From Oligoflexia bacterium (GTDB lineage: Bacteria; Bdellovibrionota; UBA1018): 19,217 nucleotides of DNA. Where the stretch lies: contig JAYTHP010000026.1 of the NCBI GenBank assembly GCA_043732485.1, positions 1 through 19,217 of the forward strand, given 5' to 3'. Below, one piece after another: positions 1-8,933 of the stretch. The first letter of the stretch is position 1. The number at the start of each line of letters is the position of its first letter. Position numbers and translations under genes: made by a program. A model generated the notes under the pieces. That model saw only the letters and a list, made by a program, of their open reading frames with translations, was not told the origin of the DNA and ran no database searches.

Positions 1-441
1 AGTCATTTTAGCTTTGCTAAGCAGCCGCGCTCTTGGCAGGCGCATCTGTTCCCAGCCGCGAAAAACACCACGGCCGCCTTGCTCATGACCCTAAAGCTAA
101 TCGGTGAGCTCAAGACCCACGGGATCTCAGAATCGCAGTTCTTGTTTGCTCAAAAAAGCCTGGTCAACAAGTCCGCTTTTTTAACTAACACCCCGAAAAA
201 ACGCATCGCCAATCTCTTTTTGGAAAAAACCTTGAACCTGAAACCTGGGATGGTCAGTCAAACGGCCGAGCAGTTAAGCCGTCTCACCTTGGAGCAGGTC
301 AACCAGGCGCTCAAAGACTTTCTCAAACCTGAGGCCTTAACCGTGGTGATTTTGGGGACAGCCAAGCCCCTCTTACAAAGTGTGAGTCAGGCTTTAGCAG
401 TCCCGGTGGAGCAGATTCGGGTGATTCCTTATACCGAGTAA
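1..441 (+). CDS. C-terminal part of a probable M16B family (insulinase/PqqL-like) zinc peptidase, 5'-truncated by the window
   Basis: Frame 1 is open from base 1 (SHFSFAKQPRSWQAHLFP...) to TAA at 439-441. The segments 'ELKTHGISESQFLFAQKSL' and 'LSRLTLEQVNQALKDFLKPEALTVVILG' resemble the M16 C-terminal end. The HxxEH motif is not in the window. Confidence 0.7.
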   Translation, partial: SHFSFAKQPRSWQAHLFPAAKNTTAALLMTLKLIGELKTHGISESQFLFAQKSLVNKSAFLTNTPKKRIANLFLEKTLNLKPGMVSQTAEQLSRLTLEQVNQALKDFLKPEALTVVILGTAKPLLQSVSQALAVPVEQIRVIPYTE

Positions 442-576
442 AGAGCGAGTCTGAGCGCCGCTCACTGCCCCCACGGCTGAGGGAGGCGTCCACAGGGGCG
501 CGGAGGGTGGGACGAATGCATGGGGGTCATTAGAGGGGAAAATGCGGGGTAAGACGGGGGAAAAGATCAAGAAGCA

Positions 577-629
577 ATCAAAGCGAGGGAGCGCCGCCCA
601 AGCGTTGGTGACTCGACCCTCGCTTTGAT
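577..629. repeat. Inverted repeat / long hairpin with a perfect 13-bp outer stem
   Basis: ATCAAAGCGAGGG (577-589) is the exact reverse complement of CCCTCGCTTTGAT (617-629). The inner region can also pair (CCAA-gcg-TTGG). Confidence 0.8.
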
Positions 630-776
630 CAAAAAAAGGGGGGCGGGGTCTCTCAGTCGTATTGAGAGGGAGAGTCGGAACCAGAAAAAAGCTTGCCAAA
701 CTCACCCGACCAGAAGTAGATCTGAAAATAGGGTCTGAAAAGTAAACCCCTGCAGCATTCCAAAGGAGTATCACCC

Positions 777-1628
777 ATGATGACGTTTTTTGTTCCTTCA
801 CCCTCCCAGACCCCAAGCCCTGGCAAGACGCCAGGAGCTTTAAAAAAGCTCACTTTCCAGCTGATCCCGGTGCTCTTTGGGCTGCTCAATACCGGCTGCC
901 CGGACCCCACCAAAACGACCGGAACTGCGCAAAAACAAGAGAAAGTCAGAACTCTGGGTCCTGCTGGTGAAGGCGGAAGCAACGGCAGCCCAGTGATCCC
1001 TGAGGGAACCTCCGAAGGGGGGAGCAGCGCCGGGAGCAGTGACGACGAAGGTTTCCCCGTTGAGTCTAAGAAGCAGGCGAATCGGGCACTTGCCTCCAAA
1101 AGTGCGACTGAAAGTGCAAACGTCGATCTTGATGAGGACGAAGACGACGCGGAGTTCATAACGAGCGTGGAAGAACAGCAGCAGCCCGGCTCTGACATTC
1201 CAGCCGTAAGCCTTGAAGATTACACGGAAACGGCACCACTGCCCGGGCATTATTATCCTAAACTCATGGACGATCCGGAACTTTATTTACAAGTGGCAAG
1301 CGACGGGGCCTACTCTTTAAGCCCGAAGCTGGTTGAGATCATCGGCAAGGAATTGTTCCTGGAACCCGAGGACGTGTTAAGTACTTTAACCTTTCGTCAA
1401 CACCCAACGCTTGACGTCTGGGCGATCTCCTCTACTTTGATCCCAGGGGGTCCGCAAGAAACCAATTACGAAGCTTTGACCCGTGGCTCGCCCCTCGAGG
1501 CTGCACCGCAAGTCGACGCCCCACCTGAGGCTGGCAGTGACACCTCGACTGCTGCGCCCGATCACGTCGCAAACAGGACCACTCGCGAACCGCAGGCACC
1601 GGTGGCCGTCATCGCCCACCCGTCATGA
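777..1628 (+). CDS. Hypothetical predicted lipoprotein with an acidic, low-complexity N-terminal half
   Basis: 283 aa ORF with SD-like AAGGAG upstream. KK + hydrophobic stretch + LNTG-C lipobox-like site (Cys41, codon 897-899). Its stop overlaps the ddl start (ATGA, 1625-1628). Confidence 0.7.
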   Translation: MMTFFVPSPSQTPSPGKTPGALKKLTFQLIPVLFGLLNTGCPDPTKTTGTAQKQEKVRTLGPAGEGGSNGSPVIPEGTSEGGSSAGSSDDEGFPVESKKQANRALASKSATESANVDLDEDEDDAEFITSVEEQQQPGSDIPAVSLEDYTETAPLPGHYYPKLMDDPELYLQVASDGAYSLSPKLVEIIGKELFLEPEDVLSTLTFRQHPTLDVWAISSTLIPGGPQETNYEALTRGSPLEAAPQVDAPPEAGSDTSTAAPDHVANRTTREPQAPVAVIAHPS

Positions 1629-2755
1629 GTCAAAAGCTTAAAGTTGCGCTGCTTTTTGGGGGTAACTCAGGCGAGCATGAGATTAGTCTACTCTCAGCCA
1701 ACTCGATTCGGCTCGCCTTGGATCCTGAAAAATACGAGCTCCTGCCGGTGGCCATTGATAAGAAAGGTCGCTGGTTTGTCTCAGAGTCTGAGCTTCCCCG
1801 GGAGCAGGAACTCACACCGCAGTGGCTAGCGTCCTTGACCTCTCAAGTAAGCTTGCTTCCCTGGGAAGTCCCCGTCCAGCTGATCAGGCTTCAAGCCTCA
1901 AGCCTCCCGCCCCTGCAATTTGATGTGCTTTTTTCCATCTTGCATGGCCCCAACGGCGAAGACGGCACGATGCAAGGACTGCTGGAACTGGCGCAAGTGC
2001 CTTATGTCGGTTCAGGAGTGCTGGGCTCGGCACTCGGAATGGATAAGGAGCTTGCCAAAAGGCTTTTTGCAGCCGCACAGATCCCGGTGGTTCCCTTTCA
2101 GGTGCTGCAAAAGGTTGACTTCCAAGCCGATGCTGCCAGTTGTCTTAAGCGCATTCACAAGCACTTTAGTTTCCCCTATTTCGTGAAGCCCGCCAACATG
2201 GGCTCTTCAGTCGGTGTCGCAAAGGTGAAAAGTGCCAACGAGGCTCAAGCCATGCTTGCGGAGGCGTTTCAATACGACACTAAAATCCTGATTGAAGAGT
2301 CGATTGCCGCCCGGGAATTGGAGTGTGCGATTTTAGGCAACCACCACCCGCAGGCCAGCGTGGTGGGCGAGATTATCCCGCAGCACGAATTTTACAGTTA
2401 CGAAGCCAAGTACCTAGATCAAGACGGCGCCTTGTTGCAGATCCCCGCGCAAGGCTTGACGGACGCACAGCACGAGCAGATCCGTGCTTTCGCGCTCAAG
2501 GCTTTTCAAGCGCTGGAATGCCGTGGGCTTGCCAGGGTAGATTTTTTCTTGGATCGCAACAACGGCAAGATTTACCTCAATGAGGTCAACACCCTGCCGG
2601 GCTTTACGTCCATTAGCATGTATCCAAAACTCTGGGAAGCTTCAGGCCTGCCGTACGGAGCGTTACTCGATCAACTGATTACCCTTGCCTGTGAGCGGCA
2701 TGCCGAGAAAAAGGCCTTAAAAACCTCCTACACGCCACCTTCCCCGCAGGCTTGA
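1625..2755 (+). CDS. ddl: D-alanine--D-alanine ligase (long, DdlA-like)
   Basis: Motifs LLFGGNSGEHEISLLSA, LHGPNGEDGTMQG, GMDK, VKPANMGSSVG, FYSYEAKY, ARVDFF and NEVNTLPGFTSISMYP. Confidence 0.97.
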   Translation: MSQKLKVALLFGGNSGEHEISLLSANSIRLALDPEKYELLPVAIDKKGRWFVSESELPREQELTPQWLASLTSQVSLLPWEVPVQLIRLQASSLPPLQFDVLFSILHGPNGEDGTMQGLLELAQVPYVGSGVLGSALGMDKELAKRLFAAAQIPVVPFQVLQKVDFQADAASCLKRIHKHFSFPYFVKPANMGSSVGVAKVKSANEAQAMLAEAFQYDTKILIEESIAARELECAILGNHHPQASVVGEIIPQHEFYSYEAKYLDQDGALLQIPAQGLTDAQHEQIRAFALKAFQALECRGLARVDFFLDRNNGKIYLNEVNTLPGFTSISMYPKLWEASGLPYGALLDQLITLACERHAEKKALKTSYTPPSPQA

Positions 2756-2834
2756 AGGGCCAGCCTGAAAAGCCGGTGCTTGAGAGGCTACTTGCTCGTT
2801 TGCCCTCTTGCTCGCTGCCTAGCGTTTGCTCTTT

Positions 2835-3971
2835 TCAGAGAGCTTGCACTTCAGCTAGACCTAGGTAAACCACTTCGGTTTCAAGCACAATCCCCATGCG
2901 CTCCCTTGCTTGACGCTGGGCGTGCTCGATCAAAACTTTGACGTCAGACGCCTTGGCCTCACCCTTGTGATTAATGATAAAATTACTATGCTTTTCTGAA
3001 AACTGTGCCGCTCCCTGACGCAGGCCCCGTAAGCCCAGAGCATCAATCACTTCCCAGGCTTTTTGTAAAACCGGAAGAGGACTAGCGTGAGAAGCGGGCG
3101 TAGAAGAAGCAGTAAGCGTAGTCGGGTTCTTAAAAACACTCCCGCAAGACAATTGATCCACCGGCTGGGTGGCTTTTCTGCGCAAATTCATTTGTGCCAC
3201 CTGCTCTTGCAACCAGGCTGGCGATTGCTCCTCAATGGCCCAGGTTGCGGAATAAATCAGCGAGCCTGGCTGTAAAAAGTGGTTTTTCCGGTACTGAAAG
3301 TGTTCCGGCAAGGCTTGAACCAAACGTAATGCTTGAGGCTCGTCCTTACTTTCTGCAATATCTCGAGCAGGATCTTCTGCAGTCGATGAACCCAGAAGTG
3401 AGAAGACCTGAAAACCCTTGAGGCGGCTTGCCGCCGCACCTTGATGGGTGCCTGCGTTCATCGCCACCACCCCTCCCATCGAGCCCGGAATCCCAGTTAA
3501 AAACTCCAGCCCACCCCAGCCCTGCAGGGCTGCTTGCCGCACCAGCCCTCCCACGAGCACGCTTGCGCCGGTAACCAACTCTGCGCCCTGGCGTTGCACG
3601 GTTTTATTCAAGTTTTGGGTCCGAATCACCAGTCCCTGGTAGCCTTGATCACAAACTAAGAGATTGGAGCCCTTGCCGAGAATGAAAAAAGGACAGCCGG
3701 TTTGCTGAATGCGGCTTGCCAGCCACTCAAGATCAGCAAGAGAGCGCGGGCTAGCAAGCACCGCAGCCGGTCCACCGATACGAAAATAAGTGTAATTCTT
3801 AAGCGGCTCGTGAAACCGGATCTCCCCTTCAAAGCCACGCGCGCTTACGGAGCACGATAGGGATGCCGATCGCCTGGAAGCTGAGGATACTAAAGGCGAT
3901 GCTCGCAGCTCCTGGAGCGACCCTTGCTCAAAGGCTTCAAGCCAGGCTGGCGGTGAAAGGGTGGGTTCCAT
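2835..3971 (-). CDS. murB: UDP-N-acetylenolpyruvoylglucosamine reductase
   Basis: Motifs FRIGGPA, GKGSNLL, GIPGSMGG..MNAG, SCGSVFKNP, SEKHSNFIIN and LETEV. It has a ~45 aa N-terminal extension, so the start is uncertain. Confidence 0.95.
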   Translation of the reverse strand: MEPTLSPPAWLEAFEQGSLQELRASPLVSSASRRSASLSCSVSARGFEGEIRFHEPLKNYTYFRIGGPAAVLASPRSLADLEWLASRIQQTGCPFFILGKGSNLLVCDQGYQGLVIRTQNLNKTVQRQGAELVTGASVLVGGLVRQAALQGWGGLEFLTGIPGSMGGVVAMNAGTHQGAAASRLKGFQVFSLLGSSTAEDPARDIAESKDEPQALRLVQALPEHFQYRKNHFLQPGSLIYSATWAIEEQSPAWLQEQVAQMNLRRKATQPVDQLSCGSVFKNPTTLTASSTPASHASPLPVLQKAWEVIDALGLRGLRQGAAQFSEKHSNFIINHKGEAKASDVKVLIEHAQRQARERMGIVLETEVVYLGLAEVQAL

Positions 3972-4077
3972 CCTACTCTTGGGCTCCTTAATACTTAGAT
4001 AGACTCGCGCTCATACTTTCATACTCGCTGGTTTTGCTCTCTCAGCCTCGAGATTGGAGGCAGTGCCGTTTTTGCGA

Positions 4078-5646
4078 CTAAGATCCCGCCAGCAGCCCAC
4101 TGGCCTTCCTCAAACTAGATCGGCTTGCACCTGGCTCTGCGGCTGCAAGCGCGCAAGGCAAGCTGAGGGACTGCTTGCCGCCGTCGTTTGGTTTTTGCTG
4201 AGCCTGAGACTGTTGTTGTTGCCTTAACCCCTGCGCAAGCTGCTCTGCAAGCCGGGTAATGGATCCTGCGCCTAAGCACAACACCAGGTCGCCTGACTGC
4301 CACTGCTGAGCAATCAGCTGGTGGGTGGCCGCAAGATCGCCCGAATAAAGAACCCTTTTCCCTTGATGCGCTACTTTAGCAATATCAAGCGCCAACTGCT
4401 CGCCACTCACTCCTGGGATCGGCTCTTCACCTGCAGCATAAACATCGGTCATCAACAGCACATCACAGTTGCTAAAAGCCGACAAAAAGCCATCATGACA
4501 AAACAGTGTTCTAGTGTAGCGATGTGGCTGAAAGACCGCAATAATCCGTCCCGACCAAAACTGTCTGGCTGCAGCCAGGGTGGCCACAATCTCGGTGGGG
4601 TGATGGGCGTAATCATCCACCAGCACGCGCTGGGTCTGGGTGTCTTGCCAGCAGATCTCAAAACGGCGTTTGACGCCTGAGAAATTAGCTAATCCCCGCA
4701 CCAAAACCTCCCACGGAAGGTTCAACTGCTGGCCAATCACCAGGGCTGCAAGCGCATTTAAAACGTTGTGCTTACCTAGAACTTGCAATTCCACTACTCC
4801 TAAGCGCTTGCCACCGTGCACCACCGTAAAGCGCGAGCTTAAAGGCGCCAGATTTAAGTCGCGCGCTGACGTATCGCACTCTTCACTAAATCCATAGGTG
4901 TGAAAAGGCTTGGTGAAGCGACTCAAACAGCGCTTCACTCCAGGATCATCACCGCACACCGCGGCTAAGCCGTAAAAAGGCAGCTTACCAACAAATTCAA
5001 TAAACGCCTGCTCAATGGCAGCAAGGCTTAAGAAATGATCCAAGTGGTCGTTATCGACGTTGGTCACCACCCCGTAAGTGGCCGGCAAGTGCAAGAACGA
5101 GCCATCACTCTCATCGGCTTCAGCAACGACGTAAAGCCCTTTCCCGAGCTTGGCGTTACCTCCCAAAGCATCGACCTTGCCGCCAATCACCAGGGTTGGA
5201 TCCAAGTGCGCTTCGAGCAAAATGGCTGCAATCATCGAGGTGGTGGTGGTTTTTCCATGCGAGCCTGCCACCGCAATACCGATTTTACCACGCATCAGCT
5301 CGCCCAGCATCTCAGCCCGTGGGATTACCGGGATCCGTAATCGCTTCGCCTCGAGCACTTCGGGGTTATCACCGCCAATGGCCGACGACACCACCACCAC
5401 TTGCGGCAGGCCAACACCCTCACCGTCACCAACGCCGCTCACGCCCGCTAGTTGAAAGCTAAGGTTTTGCGGATGATGACCAAGATGAATCACCGCGCCG
5501 AGGCGCTTTAAGCGCAAGGTGGTCTCGTTCTCCGCGCGGTCAGAACCGCTGATCTGATAGCCTTGATTCAAGAACATCTCGGCAATCCCGCTCATGCCGA
5601 TGCCGCCGATCCCCACGAAATGTAAAAGCCGCTCCTGTCGTTTCAT
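4078..5646 (-). CDS. murC: UDP-N-acetylmuramate--L-alanine ligase
   Basis: Motifs HFVGIGGIGMSG, AGSHGKTTT, VAEADESDGSF, DDYAHHPTE and FQPHRYTR. Confidence 0.98.
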   Translation of the reverse strand: MKRQERLLHFVGIGGIGMSGIAEMFLNQGYQISGSDRAENETTLRLKRLGAVIHLGHHPQNLSFQLAGVSGVGDGEGVGLPQVVVVSSAIGGDNPEVLEAKRLRIPVIPRAEMLGELMRGKIGIAVAGSHGKTTTTSMIAAILLEAHLDPTLVIGGKVDALGGNAKLGKGLYVVAEADESDGSFLHLPATYGVVTNVDNDHLDHFLSLAAIEQAFIEFVGKLPFYGLAAVCGDDPGVKRCLSRFTKPFHTYGFSEECDTSARDLNLAPLSSRFTVVHGGKRLGVVELQVLGKHNVLNALAALVIGQQLNLPWEVLVRGLANFSGVKRRFEICWQDTQTQRVLVDDYAHHPTEIVATLAAARQFWSGRIIAVFQPHRYTRTLFCHDGFLSAFSNCDVLLMTDVYAAGEEPIPGVSGEQLALDIAKVAHQGKRVLYSGDLAATHQLIAQQWQSGDLVLCLGAGSITRLAEQLAQGLRQQQQSQAQQKPNDGGKQSLSLPCALAAAEPGASRSSLRKASGLLAGS

Positions 5647-5806
5647 CGTTTTACTCGCTCTCTGACTTGCTTTTTTCTACTCAACGGGCGCCCCGCCCTA
5701 CCGCTTGCCCGCCCGACCGCTGCAAAAATGCAAACCTCGCGGCGCTTCGGTTGCACGCGCTTGGCCAGGGGAGGGGACTTGAAAAAGCCTGCCTGGTTTT
5801 AGCAGC

Positions 5807-5829
5807 AAAAACAAGGGCAAAAATGCCCT
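5807..5829 (-). terminator. Possible weak intrinsic terminator between murG and murC
   Basis: Minus strand reads AGGGCA-TTTT-TGCCCT followed by TGTTTTT: a 6-bp stem plus U-rich tail in a 322-bp spacer. Confidence 0.35.
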
Positions 5830-5968
5830 GATTTTCGCACAAAGAACCCTACCCGCCCCCAGCAGCAGAGGGTTTTACCTGTTCTCCTCGGGCTTGTGCT
5901 CCCTAACGCCTTCTCTTGGGCTCCTTTTCTTGGGCTACCCCCCTCCCCACCCGCTCGACGACGGTAAA

Positions 5969-7348
5969 TCAGCGCCCAAGCAGGCGTGCCACTTGTTGCG
6001 CCGCGTCTTTCCGGTCCCCGGACGCTTCGCCGCCGACCTTATCCTCCTCCTCTGGCGGGTGGTCAGGAAACGACTGCTGCCGATTAAACTGACGCATCTT
6101 CGCTGCCAACGCCGCTAGCCTTTCTGGCTGCTTGAAGTAACCCAAGATCCTGGCAGCCAGCGTCTCACGCCCGCTGCCCCCTCCTGGTTTGCGATCGTCG
6201 GCACTCCAAAGATCAGCGGCGCCCAGGGCTTGCAAAACTTCGGCGTTTTTCTCCTGATGGCCATCGGCTGCCGTCAGCAGCGGCACTAAAAGCGCCGCCC
6301 GTCCGACCGCCGCTAACTCAAACAAGGTGGACGATCCCGCCCGACAAATCACCAGACTGGCCGCTTGATAAGCCTGCGGCATGTCATCGATAAACTTCTC
6401 AATCCGCTTATCCAGCCAGCCTGCAGCCGCATACCCTTGCACCACCCGCTCGTAATCAGCCACTCCCGTTTGATGGATCCAGGTGATCCGGCCTTGCCAA
6501 GCCAGCATCTCGGGTAACACCTGTAAAATCAAGCTATTGAGCTCAACTGAGCCTTGACTGCCTCCGAGTACTAAAATCACCTGGGGGGCAGGTGGCGGCG
6601 CAGGCGGCGACAGGGGTTGCAAGGTCTTGCGAATGGGATTGCCCACCACATGCAGCTTTTTGCCGGGAAAATAGCCTTCTAACCCCGGGAACGCCGAAAA
6701 CACCTCATCGATTTTGCGACTTAATACCCGGTTGGTCCAGCCCGGAATAGCATTTTGTTCTAAGCAAGCAATCTTGACGGATAACAAGCCGCAACGCTTC
6801 AAACCCCACGCCGCAAGCAAAACGGCACCTGAGGCATACCCCCCCACCCCTAAAATCACCGTAGGCTTGAGGCGAAGCAACAAAAGCACCGATTTTACGA
6901 GCGCAAGTGGCAGCAAGACCAGCGAGCGCAACTGCCGCAGCCGACTCACGCGGTTCAGCGGGCCCATTTTCAAGAGATGGAGGGGGAAACCTGCTTTGGG
7001 CACCAGGCGACTTTCCATGCCGCCTACCGCACCGACAAAAAATACCCCAGACCCGCGAGAAGACTCGTTCGCCTGTCCTCCTCCGTAGCCCTGCGCTTGT
7101 GACTCCATTTGCGCCACCCAGGCCTGCGCCACCGCAATGCCTGCAAGCACGTGCCCGCCCGTGCCGCCGCCTGCAATACATAAACGCCCACGAAGAGCCT
7201 GCTCTGGTTGCAAAAAAGCGGGGGAGGGCGGGGAATCTTTTTTCAGGTCACTCATGGCGCTATGTGCTTCTTTCTCGTTGTGGGTTGCTGGGATGAGCGG
7301 ACGTTGTACTTTTGCCCTCAAGCTTATTGTGGGGGCTCCCATCATCAC
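5969..7348 (-). CDS. murG: Undecaprenyl-PP-MurNAc-pentapeptide N-acetylglucosamine transferase
   Basis: Motifs IAGGGTGGH, GVGGYAS, EQNAIPG..NR, GNPIR, LGGSQG, CRAGSST and HQEKNA. The start is either the GTG at 7348 abutting the ftsW stop or the ATG at 7255. Confidence 0.96.
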   Translation of the reverse strand: MMMGAPTISLRAKVQRPLIPATHNEKEAHSAMSDLKKDSPPSPAFLQPEQALRGRLCIAGGGTGGHVLAGIAVAQAWVAQMESQAQGYGGGQANESSRGSGVFFVGAVGGMESRLVPKAGFPLHLLKMGPLNRVSRLRQLRSLVLLPLALVKSVLLLLRLKPTVILGVGGYASGAVLLAAWGLKRCGLLSVKIACLEQNAIPGWTNRVLSRKIDEVFSAFPGLEGYFPGKKLHVVGNPIRKTLQPLSPPAPPPAPQVILVLGGSQGSVELNSLILQVLPEMLAWQGRITWIHQTGVADYERVVQGYAAAGWLDKRIEKFIDDMPQAYQAASLVICRAGSSTLFELAAVGRAALLVPLLTAADGHQEKNAEVLQALGAADLWSADDRKPGGGSGRETLAARILGYFKQPERLAALAAKMRQFNRQQSFPDHPPEEEDKVGGEASGDRKDAAQQVARLLGR

Positions 7349-8800
7349 CTAGGCCGAGGACGATACCCGGGGCCCGCACGCTCCGTTGTCGCTCCCACGG
7401 ATGGGGACAGCGGCTACTACTCCTGCGGCTTGGGAGACTTGTAACAGCAAGCCGATCATGAACAAATCGAGGATCAATGCCGATCCACCGTAACTCAAAA
7501 ACGGTAGCGTAATCCCTTTGGTGGGCAATAACCCTAAGGCCACCGACATGTTCAAGATCGCTTGAAAACCCAGGCTAGTGGTGATGCCAAACGCTAGCAA
7601 CATCGCAAAACGCTGCTGCCTCTCGCCTGCCTTCCAGGTGACTTTTAAGCCGCGGTAGATGAAATACCAATAGCCCAAGCTCACCCCCAGCACCCCTAAA
7701 AAACCTAATTCTTCGGCCACCACCGAGAAAATAAAATCATTATGCGCTTCTGGCAAATACGCTAACTTCTCTTTGCCGTTGCCTAGGCCCACGCCCCACA
7801 ACCCCCCGCGATGAATCCCAATCCACGACTGAATCATTTGAAACCCTTTGCCAGTCGGGTCCTCCCAAGGATGCAAAAACGTTAACCAGCGAGCGCGCCG
7901 GTAGGCCGTTCCAGCCACCAACCCTAAAGCCGCCCCTCCGCTCAGTAGCAAGCCTCCCCCTAACCAAACCAGCGGAACCTCAGCAAGCCACAGCATCAAG
8001 AAACTCACCAGTGCAATCATCACCGTAGTGCCAAAATCAGGCTGCTTCAAGAGCAAACCCAAAATCGCTGCCAGCCACAAGCCATCCCAACACCACTGAG
8101 CACGAGCTCGACTAGCAGCGACAGCAGCACCTCCACCTCCGCCCCCAGCCTGAGGACGCATCAGGCTCATGAACCGAGTGAAAGCTTGAGACGAAGCAAG
8201 CGTGCTGGGCTGCGACAAGCGCGCTGCCAAGAAAACAATTACCGCAGCCTTAGCAAATTCTCCCGGTTGTAGCGTCATGCCTCCCCACTGTAACCAGCGA
8301 CGCGCTCCCCCCACCTTCACCCCGACGTCCGGTAAAGCCACCAAAAAGAGCAGGCCCGTTGCCACTTTGACAGCCCAGTGCGCCTGCTTTTGTAACCAAG
8401 CAAGCGGGATTAGTCGCCAAGCCACCGCCGCTGCACAGCAGCCTACCGCACTAAAAATCAGCTGTTTGCGAATAAAATAGTAGCCTTGCCCAATTTTAGT
8501 TTGTGCATAGATGAACGAAGAGCTGTAGACCATGATCAACCCAAAGGTCAACAGACTCAAGGTCACCATCAGCAAGCCGAGATCAACCCGCGGCGCCTGA
8601 GAGCGCTGGGGCTGCGGCTGGGGGTGACGACCGTGCTCGGGAGGAACGCGCTGACTTGATGAATTCCTGGCGCCACTGTGATCGACCCAAGCAAGAGAGG
8701 GCTCAAGAGGAGCCGTGAAAGAAGGAGCGGCACAAGCGGAAGAAGACAGAGGAGGGGACTGCAATGAGCCCGTCAGAGTTTGTGTTAGATCGTTTGGCAC
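7349..8800 (-). CDS. ftsW: SEDS peptidoglycan glycosyltransferase FtsW
   Basis: Multi-TM protein with GLIMVYSSS, GARRW, QPGEFAK, QPDFGT, GFQMIQS, LPEAHNDFIF...EELG and GITLPFLSYGGS. It lies between murD and murG, and SD AGGAGA is 7 nt before the GTG. Confidence 0.96.
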   Translation of the reverse strand: MPNDLTQTLTGSLQSPPLSSSACAAPSFTAPLEPSLAWVDHSGARNSSSQRVPPEHGRHPQPQPQRSQAPRVDLGLLMVTLSLLTFGLIMVYSSSFIYAQTKIGQGYYFIRKQLIFSAVGCCAAAVAWRLIPLAWLQKQAHWAVKVATGLLFLVALPDVGVKVGGARRWLQWGGMTLQPGEFAKAAVIVFLAARLSQPSTLASSQAFTRFMSLMRPQAGGGGGGAAVAASRARAQWCWDGLWLAAILGLLLKQPDFGTTVMIALVSFLMLWLAEVPLVWLGGGLLLSGGAALGLVAGTAYRRARWLTFLHPWEDPTGKGFQMIQSWIGIHRGGLWGVGLGNGKEKLAYLPEAHNDFIFSVVAEELGFLGVLGVSLGYWYFIYRGLKVTWKAGERQQRFAMLLAFGITTSLGFQAILNMSVALGLLPTKGITLPFLSYGGSALILDLFMIGLLLQVSQAAGVVAAVPIRGSDNGACGPRVSSSA

Positions 8801-8813
8801 GTGCTAGTCTCCT

Positions 8814-8841
8814 GTTTCTTGGCTACCGTTTCTTGGCTACC
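8814..8841. repeat. Perfect 14-bp tandem duplication just upstream of the ftsW RBS
   Basis: GTTTCTTGGCTACC occurs twice (8814-8827, 8828-8841). Confidence 0.9.
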
Positions 8842-8933
8842 GTCCCTCTCTCCTACGATCTCTTCCGCTACGCAGTCTTCGCTGCGTCTTCCCGCCCGCT
8901 ACTACTGGCCGTCTCAGGCTTGCTGCAGGCCGA

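Noticed and set aside
495..560. G-runs as MraZ-binding boxes
   Set aside because: They are not regular GTGGG repeats at a 10-nt period and lie at the wrong end of the dcw cluster.
693..741. TTGCCA..TAGATC promoter and TCTGAAAA direct repeats (721, 734) upstream of the lipoprotein gene
   Set aside because: The -10 match is poor, and two 8-mers could be chance or another small duplication.
394..1250. Minus-strand ORFs 394-816, 653-1198 and 840-1250
   Set aside because: They are antisense to the better-supported lipoprotein gene or span the spacer, and show no recognisable motifs.
1625..2755. Ddl as a VanA/VanB-type D-Ala-D-Lac ligase
   Set aside because: The omega loop is FYSYEAKY, as in D-Ala-D-Ala ligases, and no vanH, vanX or vanRS genes are nearby.
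2747..2767. CAGGCT/AGCCTG hairpin at the ddl stop as a bidirectional terminator
   Set aside because: It has a 6-bp stem and 9-nt loop with no downstream U-tract on either strand.
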